A model generated the notes under the pieces. It saw only the letters and a program-made list of their open reading frames with translations. It was not told the DNA's origin and made no database searches. 64,000 bases of DNA from Octopus vulgaris (lineage: Eukaryota). The position numbers and the translations under genes were made by a program. The stretch lies in NCBI GenBank assembly GCA_951406725.2, contig OX597823.1, positions 33,170,001 through 33,234,000 of the forward strand, in the 5' to 3' direction. Of this stretch, positions 36,301 through 49,892 are shown piece by piece (positions within the stretch are counted from its first letter, which is position 1; each line of letters begins with the position of its first letter).

Positions 36301-39300
36301 ACATCAACCAGGTTGGCATTATTCTGATCATCACTGAAAGACGCAATCAGATCAATGTCCTCAGTTTGGGTTCCAGTCGTTTCCACCTGGACTATCTTCC
36401 CATCTATCTTACTACATGTACTACTAATACTTTTGGAATCCATGGAGGTCTCCATGGAGCGTTCTGCACCAGGAATATTAGGACAAGAGCGACTCCTCAC
36501 ACGATTCTGGAACCGGTCCTGAATGACAAAGCTATCAATGTCTGATTCTGTTGTAATGCTGGTGAAACGAATACGATTCATTTTCTCCATGAACTGTTTT
36601 ACAGAATCTGAGGATAACTTTTCACAGGTTTCAACCTTTGAACTTTGACCTTCCTCATTACTGAGAGACATCAACTTATGGCTGTGTTCATATGAATAGC
36701 GCTTCGTTAGTTCGGCCACCTCTACATCACAGACATCTGGAAAGTAAGGAGAATTTCAATGTAATTTTTGATAACAAGTTCAATTGGTGGCAGTTAAGAG
36801 CTGAAGATTTAATATATGGAGAAAGTTTGAAGAAGTTTGACATATATGATGTGTAGTTTGAGGATAACAATGTATATGGTGACTAGATTGAGTACCAAGG
36901 AGTAACTAATGTATATGGTGTGTAGTTTGAGTATTAAGGAGTATTTTAAATCAGGTATTCAAGGTCATTATAAAATATTGATTTCCTTTAATTAGGTTCA
37001 AGTTTATTATAAAGTGATGGGCTTAATTTGTCGACTGGTTTATCATTGCTGCTGCTAGCACCAACTCCACCACCACCAGCACCACTACATGGCCACCCTA
37101 CCCTAACCTTTTAGATGAATCCACATTATTGCAAGAATATTTTATTATTTAAACATTGACAGAATCTTGAAAGCAACAGAACTCTTCAAAACTCTTGAAA
37201 TCTTCCCCAAAATAAGAAAAAACAACAACAAAAAACAAAGATATGGTTGCCAAAAGAAAAAAGAAAAAAATCCTAGTCATCTGAAACAGCATTGGAAATG
37301 CAGCAGACATCACGACATTGTCTTATAATAAATAAAATAAAACAAGTAAAACTATTTTTAACTCTTTTGCTATCAATCTGTCTGAGACTATCCCTGGTTC
37401 TATGATGTAAACTTAATTTTTTAACTTGATCTAAATTAAAGACTTCCATAACCAATTTAATAATGAAAAATTTATTTTATCAATTTCTTTATTATTTTTA
37501 AAATTAATTGAAAGAAAGGTAATGCATTTCAACTGAAACATGATAAGAAAAGAGTTAATAAATATATTTGGCATTAGGAAGGGCATCCAGCTGTAGAAAC
37601 TCTGCCAGATCAAGATTGAAGCCTGGTACAACCATCTGGTTCGCCAGCCCTCAGTCAAATCATCCAACCCATGCTAGCATGGAAAGCGGACATTAAACGA
37701 CGATGATGATGATTTATGTTCCTAACACTAACTTGATTATAACTAAGTTATTTTACTAAATTCTTTGTTGTTATATTTAAAATTAGTTGAAAAAAACACA
37801 AAGCATCTCAAAATAAATATGGTAACAGAAGGGTTAACAAGAATTAGCTATTACAAAATGATTTATGTGGAAATGTTATCAATTTCTGGTGGGAAAAATT
37901 GAGAAAACTGAAGCAGAAATAAAACATTAAGTAATTTTTTTGTTGTTGTTGTAGTCAATAATTCTGATAAAAGTGAAAATTATGTGAAACAAACTGCTAA
38001 GTCAGAAGAATGGAAAGCCACAGTGTGATGTTAAAAATCTGTTAATGAAGTGTTGTTCTGATGTATTTCAGATACAAACCTGATGGATCCTGGCTAACGA
38101 ATGTGTCAACAAAGCTGTGTAAAGACTGCATTGATATTTCAGGAGCTTTTCTTTCCTCTATTGGACTGGAGCAGCAAGATACAGGGGTCACTTTCGTGTT
38201 TTGCGATGGCCTCTATAAAATATCCAACAATACAGATACATTAGCACTCAGCAACAATGTTTCTGACCATTCCACACTTTTATATGGGACAACAATTAAA
38301 CAATTCTGAAAATTTAGATGTTCGTATAGTTTGGCAATAAGTTCTTTGTAAATCATCTGAAGGATTTTCTTAAAGAGAATTATAGATAATTTTTTTTTTT
38401 CAATGAGGTAAACTGTAGCAAGTAGGGCAGCTGATATTTAGCATAAAAATGACGTTTCTCAAGATAGGACTAAAATGGTCTGAGAAACATTGACCTAAAT
38501 AACGGCAGGCTTGAGTTGTGTCCTCTGTGAAAGGTTGAGAGTAGAGAGATCAAGTTATTTGTCTGCTCAAGCTATGAGAGGCTTTATTTCTTTGTTTAGC
38601 TCTGGTGCTATGGAGTTCAGTAGATAAAAGATGTTTCTCTCCAGATGAGATGTTTTTCTATAACAGGTAACATTCCCCAGATAAGCAAGTTGACGAACCA
38701 AATATGTTATTCCTGACAATGGTCAGAGGGGAGTTGTTGAGATGTTAGGGCTGAATACCCAGGGATACAGAGAACATTACATTACTGTCTTTCAGGGTAG
38801 ATATAATATCTATTTTGCTAATTCAATTCTGCAGTCATTTTCTATCAACTTTTCACAATTATCTCAAACATAGAATTAACCACATTAGCTAAATTAGTAA
38901 ATTAGAAACCCCGGCAAGATTTGAGAGGCTTTTCCTTTAACCTCTTCATGCCAGGAGATACTGGATAAACCCTGTGGAGGGTAAGGATTACCAGCATATG
39001 AGGTCATAGGTTACCTTTCACATGATACAAATAGAACAGAATCAAGCATCCTTTTGACTCCCAAAATTGTTTTAGTTAATCCTTTGTCAAGAATTTGGCA
39101 CGTTTAAGGAATTCCAATTACAAAATCTTCAGCCATGCTCTGATTAACATGCTGTCACAAAGTGAATGCTTTCCATTGGTAAATAGAACTGTTTCTAAAA
39201 GCAATGTTTATAAATTCATGATGATAAAGAAGATAATGGTGTTGCTGGTGGTTGTAAATATTTAGAACTAAATAGGAGGGCAGCACCATCAGTAGGCAAT

Positions 39301-42300
39301 ACACTTACCTCCATATCACAAGAAGCCATTTTCGAACAAGAATGGTGATCTGGAGATAAAAAGAATTAAGATGTAATTAGTAAAAATTACTAATGAAACT
39401 CAGCTACACCATACTAATTATGAAAGAATATATACTTAAATTCGCTTTACATTCAATTTGAATTTTTTTTTTTTTACTTCAGGCAGTGAGATTCCAACAT
39501 GAGTTTTGTCTACAAAACTCGACAAATTTGTCATATTGGGATTCCAACCTGGTTGGGTTTCCCTGCTATTTACACTGAATATTTTAAAATTCATTTTGTT
39601 TATTTCACAGAGAACACCCCAGTATCTTAAAGAATGGAGAAATATTAAATAATGTAGGCTCAAACACACTGGAATAAAGATTGAAATGTCACAGATGGAA
39701 TACTTCTGATTATAGGTCTAGTGGTTTAAAGTTGACTTGGGGCTAAAATAAGAATTAGAAATTTGCTTTTTACTCAAATATTTATTGTTATGGTCTAGTA
39801 AATACTGCTCTGTGTGCACTTCACAGAAAAGGTCTAATAAGACTGAAACATGTTCAGAGTTGTCACCATACTTCCCTATGATAACACTCACTCCCCAGTA
39901 CATTACGTTAAATTTTTAAATAATTTGAATTTTGAAGTAGTCTCCCTTGCTGTTATTGTCAAGAATTATCATTAAAGCTAATGAATTTTGAGTGTCATTT
40001 TAATTATATATTACTCACACCATTACATATGTTAATCAGAACTAATTAATTTCATTGTTGAGTGATAGAACATTTTCCTTTTCTTTTTGTCTTTCATCAA
40101 CATCCTTTTCAACATGATCTCTCCTAAACCTTAACAATCAATGCCGGAAACATACATCTAAAACCACATTTACATCTTATTTCAAATTGCAGATACTCAG
40201 TAAAAAGTAATATGACCAAAGTTGGTTCAAAGTCTATAACTTTTGAAATGGTTTTTAATTCTTTAGTTTATTAAAGGCATCACAACTAAAGCTACACTGG
40301 AGCATCATCTTTCACTTGTTATCAAAATCATAATTTTCCAGATTAATAATATTTATAAAGATGTAGTTAACAGTGTGTGTGTGTGTATGTGTATATATAT
40401 ATATATTTTTTTTTTTCACATACTATTAACTACATCTTTATATTCTTGGAATTTACAAAAAAAACAAAACAAGATGAAGATAGGTGTGTAAACGACAAAC
40501 AGATGTATTAGTTTAATGCTCGAGAAGTGAGAAAGTCTTTTACATTTCAAGCTTACGCTCTTCAACAGAAAGGAACACAGAAATAAGCAGAGAGAGAAAA
40601 TAAAAAAGGTTTCGTGGCTAGTGATCAATCATTCAAATAAATATGTGCTGCAAATGTAAAGTGTATGCATAAATATTGTAAATATACAATGTAAAGACGA
40701 GGTTAAAAGTTTACATATAAAAATTAGAAATGAATATGCAATGGAGATGTTTAAAGAGTGAAAACTAGAATCTTAAGAAAGGCTGTTATAAAATGACTAG
40801 CAATTTATTTCTGAATAGCACGACAGTCAATCCAGTCTGACTAAGTGGAGAGATCACTAATGTATTTGACTAAGATTACTAAGATCACTAATGTATTTGA
40901 CTAAGATCAGTCAATAATAATTTCCTGTCAGTTGATAGTGTTTAAAATACGTACTTGTATTTTGGGTATCTACTTCACATGAATTTAAAATTGGGGTGTT
41001 TCCTTTGCTGGGTGCTGCAGAATTTCCTTGGGACATGGGTGGGGTAGAAAGGTGGGCATCCAATGAAGGACTCCACCAAAGCATGGCGTCTGGGGTTAAA
41101 ACATCCCCTTTCAATGGCTGACAAAGGGCTGACAAGTTCAAATCTACAAGAAGAAAAGACAAAGGGAAATATTTAGTTACTCAAATCAGAAAACACAGAA
41201 TATATTGTTGCATCAAAACATGTATATTATTGATAGTTACTTAACCATTTTGTTACCAACCAGGCTGAAAGTAGCTCTAGCTCTGAATACAAATGTCTTG
41301 TTTTCATAAGTTTTCAATTGAAATCTTCCACCAAACCTTAGTCACAATTTATGTTCCTAACACTAGCTGGATGATAACAAAGTTATTTTACTAAATTCTT
41401 TGTTATATTTAAAGTAATTGAAAGAAACACAGAACATCTCAAAATAAATACAGGAACAAAAGGGTTAAACAATCTCTGGAAGTGGTTTGATCTCAGATAT
41501 GGGAGAGTTTGGCATTGCTATTTTGGTCCAGCTTATTTTATGCTGAATTTATTTAACATCAGACGTATTGCCTCCAGGACCTTTTGGCATCATGAAAATG
41601 ATATTTTTATTCCAGAACTAACAGATAATCCCAATTACTAAACTTCATTTAACTTTCTGCTTTGCTTTATGTTTATGATGATGGTTGGTGAAATAATGAC
41701 GACAAAGAAATTTTTTATCACAATGTGTTTCTGTACATCTTTTACAAGGTAAACAGAACTGTGAATTAAAATTTTGGTTTGGTGAGCAGAAGAGAGAAAG
41801 AGAGAGACTAAAATGTATCAAATGAGCCCCAACTGTCACAGACCCCTCTCAATCTATTGTTTATGTGTTTGTGAGTTTTCTTTATGCATAAAGGCACGTA
41901 AAAAGCACCCATAACACTCTTGGAGAGGTTAGCGTTAGGAAGGGCATCTAGCTGTAGAAACATTGCCAGATCAGACTGGAGCCTGGGGCAGATGCTGGCT
42001 CTCCAGACCTCAAACTGCCCAACCCATGCCAGCATGGAAAACGGACGTTAAATGATGATGATGATGATGAAGGGATGCATTTGTAGCATTTGGCTTTGCT
42101 TAATACATTTTGTCTCTCTTGTTCTTTCTGTGCCTTCTCTATTTTTTACTGCAAGCAAAGGGGAAGTGTCATGTCATTCAAGTTCAATGAATGTAACGTT
42201 TCTCTCTCTTTTTCTGTCTATTGATCTATGTATGAATTTCCTTGTGTATGCACATGTGTGTGTGTGTGTGTGTGAGAAAAAAAACATAGCCAAAACAGGT

Positions 42301-45300
42301 TCAATGTCCAAATTCTATTTGATCCCAGTATGGAGAGAAATGAAACAAGATACTACTATAAAGCTTTTAGTCCAGCACACTACCATCTCTGCCACTTTAT
42401 TCTTCCCCACACCCTTCATTAATTTCCATTAATAATAAATTTCTTACACTGGTTTAAAATTCTCCCACTTTAAAAGTGAGCTCATTTGAACTGATCATTG
42501 TTTATGACAAGTACATATTTTTTGAGCCCAGAAAAGATGAAAAGCAGAGGTGAACTCAGTGGAATTAAAACTCAGACTGTTAAAAATCATAGCTAAATAC
42601 TCCAGACCATTTAAGGCCATCATGTCACTACATTTAACATAGCAATGCCAATGTCGATGAAGTTGCCACCCTAACTTAATGATCCCACAATGACATTGCT
42701 CAAACACACCTATTTAATTAAAACATATATCATTTGTATACATGCATCATCATTTAGTGTCCATCTTTCATCTTATTATGAGTTGGATGGTTTGACAGGA
42801 CCCATCAAGCTGGGGGATTGTATTGAGCTCCTGTGTGTTTTGGTCTGGTTTCTATGGCTGGGTGCCCTTCCTCATACCAACCACTTTGCAGAGTGTATTG
42901 TGGATGCACTCTGTAAAGTGGTTGGCATTAAAAAGGACTCACACACACACATAATGTAAATCCCCCTCCTGCCATGGTCATGAATGACCATTGGATTGCA
43001 CCTAGAAATTTACCCTCTGAGGTACAAGTCCAAGCAAGGTTGTTTATGGAAGACCAGCAGTCGTTCATACATACCAGCCTCCCCTCTCCACGCCACCAAT
43101 GTTATTAAAAGGGAAAGGTAAAAGGGCTGATACCAGTGAGCTGACAACGCATTTCTACAGCTGAGTGAACAAGAGCAACCTGAACTAAAATGTCTTGTTC
43201 AAGAGCACAACACACTTTCCAACCATGTGGTTTGGGGTTTAGTCCCATTGTAGGGCAAGCTCAGGTCCAAACTAAAGGTTGGAAAAGACTGTTTTAAATA
43301 TTCTTCTGTTGACATGGTTTTTCTATAGTCTACGTTCTGGCACTTCATCGTTAATCTTGGACTGTGGGCTAAAAAATTGATAGCACTGGTTCGAGGCGAA
43401 CACAACGGAGAAGAGTGTTTTTGCGTTATATAATTGATCTACATTGTACTCGAATCTATTGTTATGAGGTAACTCAAGGGAAGACAACCACAATGTCCTT
43501 CAATGGAGTGAAGGGGAGATAAGAAAGGTAACGTTGAAAAATAATTACCAAGACTTCCTGAAGACAGAAAAGAATCTCTGTAGGAACAGTTTCCAGTAAC
43601 AATATTGTTGTTTGGTTGCGTTGTCAGGTCCACCGAAGGACGTTGACCTTGTTTTTGATAAAAGAACAATGCTGGAATTTCTTCATCTTTGTAGACAGTG
43701 CCTTCGATAGGATCGAGGATGAGAGATGTACAGCTGGCTAGAATGTCATGTGTTTCTTTACTGTGCCAACTGAAATGAACAGGAGATTAGGATTAATGTA
43801 AACACATCATGGATGGGATAATTGAAGAATGCACCAGAATCTATTTCTATGGACTTTTGATAGAAGATACAAGATGTACTTATCCAAGAGCTTAAAAATG
43901 CCAAAGATGACAGAGTGGAATGGAAAATGGATCAGACATGGCAAGAAATCTTCAATCCACTCACTCAAAAGTAATATCTCCTTGTAAAGATTTGCTGAGT
44001 TTGTAAATAATATTTAGATCAACTACAAACGGTTATCCTCATCTATATGCGATTGGTCTTTTATCTGAATAGTCCAGGGTTCATTTTCTGCAACCAGCAT
44101 TGCACTGTATTGTTGGTTCAAATATCTAACTCTTAATGATTTATACCACATTTCAGAAAATTGGTGTGAGAATGAGCTTCCCTATTATATCCATTTAATC
44201 TAGACCTAATGTAAGGTACATGCCACCACTGCACCTAAGTACCAGCTGACAGTACAGTTTATTACTGTATTCATTCCACTAGTAGTAAAAAGGTACTAAT
44301 GAAGTACAGGTTGCTGCTATAAATAGCAAGAGTGCAAGTAACAAACATTAGTTGGTAATGCTAAACTCTAAAAGAAACTAGCGCCCTTTCCAGGTGAAAC
44401 GAAGCCTGTCAGCATTTGAAATTCAAATAAAACTCCAGTTGTACCAAAATATCTACCACTGGAAGTTAAGCTAGAAAAGATGATAAAAATGTTAAGTGCC
44501 ATTTTTGTAATGAATTCTATTATAAAACAAAATGTACTTTTGAAGGAAAATGGTACAGAAAGTATATTTTAATGTGCTGTTAATGAAGACAAGAGCAACA
44601 ACTATTGAGAGAAAATCTGAAAGGAAGAGAAAAACAAAAGAAAACAAAGCATAACATCTTACCGGCTGGATACCGTTTCCATTTCCTTTGATTCTGTGAC
44701 AAGAAGTGGGTTAAAGCGTACTCTCTCCAGCATTGGCTACAAACAGATTTATATATAAAACATATATTTACATACAAAACATATATTTTAAATATAAGAC
44801 ATCATCATTTAATGTCCATGTTCCCTGTTGGTATGGGTAGGACAGTTTGACAAAGATCCAATGGATCCAACGACCACACTGTGCTCCAATGTCTGCTTTG
44901 GCATGGTTTCTATGGCTCGATGCCAGTCCTAAACATCAACCATACTGTTTTCTGGGTGCTTTTTTTATGCTACCAGCACAAGTGAGGTTACCACACAGTT
45001 GGTAAAACAATGAACCCTGAGTGAAGCAGCAGCTTTAAGCTGGGAGATGAAGTGTTGAAGTATGAAAGAAGGGACCAGAGCAGAACAGGTTTCTTACTGT
45101 AAAGGAGATACATGACTACTCACGTTTTAGAAGAGAGGATGGGAGTGGTTGGGTGGAGCTGGAGAGATACACACACACAAAATGGGCTTCTTTCAGTTTT
45201 TGTCTACCAAAGACGTATGTTTATGTATAAGATACGTACTTATATATATATTATATATATGATTATATATAAAATGTGTGTGTGTGTGAGAAAAGTACTC

Positions 45301-47996
45301 AATACATTATACTAGAGTATATTCAACTTGCTTGAAGCTTATGATTGACTGTCACTATTCTGAATGATGCCACTACTCACACATTGACGAGAGTTGTGAT
45401 AGAATAAATACATATTAAATATAAAAAAAGGATGAAAATATTTGTTTGTTTTGCATCTTTTTTCCATACTGGCATGGGTTAGATGCAAATGTTATTAAGG
45501 TTTTGTTTTACAACCTGATGCCCTTGCTGTTGTTAACCCATACCTGGTTTTCAAGTATGGGATCTCTTATTTCACATAACTTTGAATGCACAATATCAGT
45601 GGATGATTGTTGATAGGGGAAATGGCAACATCATTGCTTGTAACAACAGGATACAGAGAAGTAGAAGTGTACACACGCACACACAATGGGCTTCTTTCAG
45701 CTTTCATCCATTAAATCCCCCCACGCCTGGGGCTATAGTAGAAAACATTTGCCCAAGATGCCACACACTGGACAACCAAGGGGTTGGGAGAGGGAATATA
45801 TATCTAAATTTCAATTGAAACTTTCTGATTTACCTTCACTATTGCCTTATAAATGTTTCGGTTCTCTTCTCGTCTTGCAAAGTTACGGAGAAAAATCAAG
45901 AAATTACAGGGATACATTCCATACAGACGGTAGAAAAAAGCATACAGAGCTGCTTTCAAATGTATAACAAAAATTTTGGGAACGCTTCCTGCAAGACAAA
46001 GAAAGAATTCTATTATGAAAGGCGAAGGGATTAAGGAAATTTGAGAGTCAACAGGAAGTTTACAAAGAAATATTTTGATTTTATTGCAAGTACATCAAAT
46101 CTACTGCAAATCACATCTCATTGGTTTATGAATATATGTAAAAGGGAGACATCTCCATGAGAGCTAGACCTAGCAGAAATAACAGTCAAATATCCCTCAA
46201 ATCACAACCCAGTTTTATATATGTAAGAGGTAACAAGGGAAACTTCTTCAAGATAACTAAACATATTATAAAGAGCAGCCGAATCTCCCTCAAATCACAT
46301 CAACAGTTTTATGCATACATGTATGTATGAGCTAACAAGGGAACCATCTACATGGTAGTGAGACATATTAGAATAAACAACCAAAATTACTCAAATTATA
46401 AAATCCTACTGTTTTTAAATAAAGAAGGATTCATTGGACAATAGATCCCTGATATACAAAGATACAGATTGGTCATAATTAGAACATCTTTGATCAAAGA
46501 TCTGCTTTGACTAGGGCTGACCTTGGACTAAATAACAACATCAGCAATGCCCTTAAGCCATATCCAACACTAATCCCAGTATATCTTATACTATAACATT
46601 TTGTGCCCTAATTCCACTACAATCCCTATATTACATGAAGAGCAGGAGAAAGATGTGTAAATCTAAAAGCCTGACAAAATCTTACCTGGCTTTTCACAGG
46701 TAAACTCTGCAACTCTGCCAAATATCTCAAAGAAGTCTGTAAGGTATGGCATTGTATGTTTTGGTAAGACAGGCATGAGGGCGGAGAGAATGGTTAAGCC
46801 AGTCATCAAGACAGGAACATCGGTGTCGGTCTGTAGTGAGAAACATGGTTGGAATATATTGTAAAAAAAAAAAAAAAATAAAATAAAAAAAAACTTAAAT
46901 AATTAAAAACAAATCAATGTGATTTAAAAAACAAAAAATAAATCTGTGTTTCTTATAGACACACCACAGTCCTTTGTAATCCTTGTTGATAATCTACTCT
47001 GATATGTCACATTTGACTAACACACTTTCAGTCAAACTGATGAGGGACATGCTACTGGGTCACTCAGCCTGCTAGCAACAGCAGGCTAAGTGACCCAGTA
47101 TTTTTCTCTTTATACCCAGCTATCTTAAAACAGGATACATTAGATCATGCACCCTATTAACACTATGTTTTAAAATAAGACAAGATGATCACAACTGGAA
47201 TGTCAATGCTTATAAATTTGCTGAATAAAATCAGACCAAGAGCTAAACAAAAACGTTTAAGCCTTCCCTGTCAATTATTTTCTATTTGTACCATGACACA
47301 TAATTAGAGGAAATAATGCAGGACACACACACACACACACACGTATCTTAGATGATAAAGCTGTAATTCTATGTCTTAATGTCAAAGATGAATTGTTAAG
47401 ATTATATTATAACCACATCACCACAGTGTATACATACATTGGCTAAAACAATATTTTAGAGCATTCACATACAATTCATAATTTAATTGTGCTCCAGCTA
47501 TTTCATAAACAATAAACATCATTAATTCCATAATTAACATACATAACTAATTAATTTAAAAGCAATGTTTATCTAAATCATTTATGTGTTATATTAATGG
47601 TTCCTGATTAACACATTACTCTTAATTAGAGTCAACGTCACTTATAAATAAGTTTAAATTATACATCTTAATTTGGTAATTATGAGATTTTGCAATTAAC
47701 GATGTTTATTGTTAATGACACACCTGTTGTGCACAATTAAATTATGACCTATGTTTAAAAAATTTTGACTTTTCTGCTTTTTATCCTAAACATGTTGCTC
47801 TAAAGGATCATTTTAACTGATTCTGTGTAAAAATGCAAATTTGTTTCACCTGGATTTATTGTATTAGAGTTTAACAAGCTCTTAATTATCATGGATATAT
47901 TTTTTGATGTTTGTACATCAATTATTTCTATATATATATATAGTGTGTATATTGTAAATAATATTTATATCTACACTATTCACTTCATCTTTAGAA

Positions 47997-48052
<56 letters not shown>

Positions 48053-49852
48053 AGCAACATATCTTATCATTGATCCCCCTCATCTTTATTAAAGGCATAT
48101 GTATATATATATACTGTAAATAATATTAATCTATACCCTATGCTTTGATTGGTTTGATCATCAATGCAGTAATGACACAATGGCTTAGAACTTTACTGGA
48201 GAAATGAATAAATTCAGCTTGGGGATATGTTTTCTTCTTCAAGAAGCCACAACCGAGATGCATTTCACAGTTCCATACCAGGATTCCCCATTAGCTTCAA
48301 TAGATTCTCAATTTCATGCTGTCTGTCTCTACCAATAACATCAATGTAGTTAAATGACCTTTGTCCTTTATTAGGGCGTGGAAGTCTCCAAAATATAACA
48401 TCCAATATGGCTTGTTGGTCAGCATAGTAGAAGAGGACAGCAAAGCTTACCCTGCATTGAGCAAGCAATCAAGTAAAGATGGGTGGAATATGTCTGTAAA
48501 TCTCTTCTTTGATCTACATTTGATATGTCTTGTACAACATTGGAATGGATAAAGGGGAAAAAAGGAAGTAAAACTAACCTTAACACACTTGATGATGTCA
48601 TAGAAAAGATTTGCGTTTCCAATCTGGTAGAGCCATTGTGGTTCTTCACCGACAGCATACAGTACAATTCTAAGAATTGGCAAGCGGTGGTCTGGGAATT
48701 TCATACTCTCATGTAGCTTGTCCAGCAATACCTTTAGTGAGATCAACAGCACAGCCATATGGTAAAGAATCAGGCAGCAGTAGAACATACATGTTAACAT
48801 ATGGAAAATAGAAATAGCAATACCACATGAGATATGGCAGAATGTCAATATCTGCTATGTCCCAACAATATCATATGGTAACAATATCACATGGTGAAAT
48901 ATCTAAGCCATGTGATAACAATACAGCCTAGTAACCATACCAAATGGAAGGATGTCATTAACATACAATAAAGCATCAATATCATGTAAGAATTTTCCTA
49001 CATGGCAAGATAATAGTGATTGATAGAATAACATTTAGAATATGATGGCATCTTATTGCCACATGATATTATCAAGTGGTATTAATATATTTATGTCACA
49101 TAACAATACAACATGGTAAGATAGTTATTAGAATAACAGGTAGAATAGAGCTCCTTAACAACCATTATTGCAACCAGAGAAGCTAGTACTGACCTTTTCA
49201 TGTTGTTTGTTAATGGCAGACAACATCTTAAGAGCCTCATCAGAATGTGTACTGAGGTAGTAGTCAAGTAGACCTGATACCATCCAGGATTCTTTGGCTG
49301 AAATAAAATGATACATCATCATAAGCATTGTTTTAACGTCCATTCTCCTATGTTTGCATGGGGTAGATGGAATTTTGTTTTGGTAGGTTTTCTACAGCAG
49401 GATGCACTTCCTGTTGCTAATTTTCCTGTTTCCAAGTAACATAATATTTCCCCATGGACGGACGCATTTTCACAAATGACACTGCTTTTGTAACAGTGAT
49501 GTTTGTTTACAATTATCAAGTGGTGTCAAGACAAGAAAACACACACACACACGACAGGCTTCTTTTAGTTTTTGTTAAGAAAATCTACTGACAAGGCCTT
49601 GGTTGGTCTAAGGCTGCAGCAGAAGAGATTACCTAAGGTGCAATGTTGTGAACTGAGCCTGCAACCATGTGGTTTGGAAGCAAACTTCTTAAGCATACAG
49701 CCATACCTGTGCCTATACATATTCTTTTATTTGTTTCAGTCATTTGACTGCGGCCATGCTGGGGGCACAGCCTTTAGTCAAACAAATCGACCCCAGAGTT
49801 ACGGGGACGTAAACACACCAACATCAGTTGTCAAGCGATGGTGGGAGGACAA

Positions 49853-49892
<40 letters not shown>

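Noticed and set aside
39436-39669. 77-aa ORF as an extra TSC1 exon (VNSRETQPGWNP..)
   Set aside because: Weak acceptor; phase incompatible with exon 9; internal palindromes (GAGTTTTGTctACAAAACTC, GACAAATTTGTC) suggest a repeat relic. It would fit only as an alternative to exon 9 through a donor shifted 4 nt at 40950.
44580-44662. Strong acceptor about 45 nt after the TSC1 exon 6 donor
   Set aside because: The intron would be implausibly short and leads to a stop within 12 codons.
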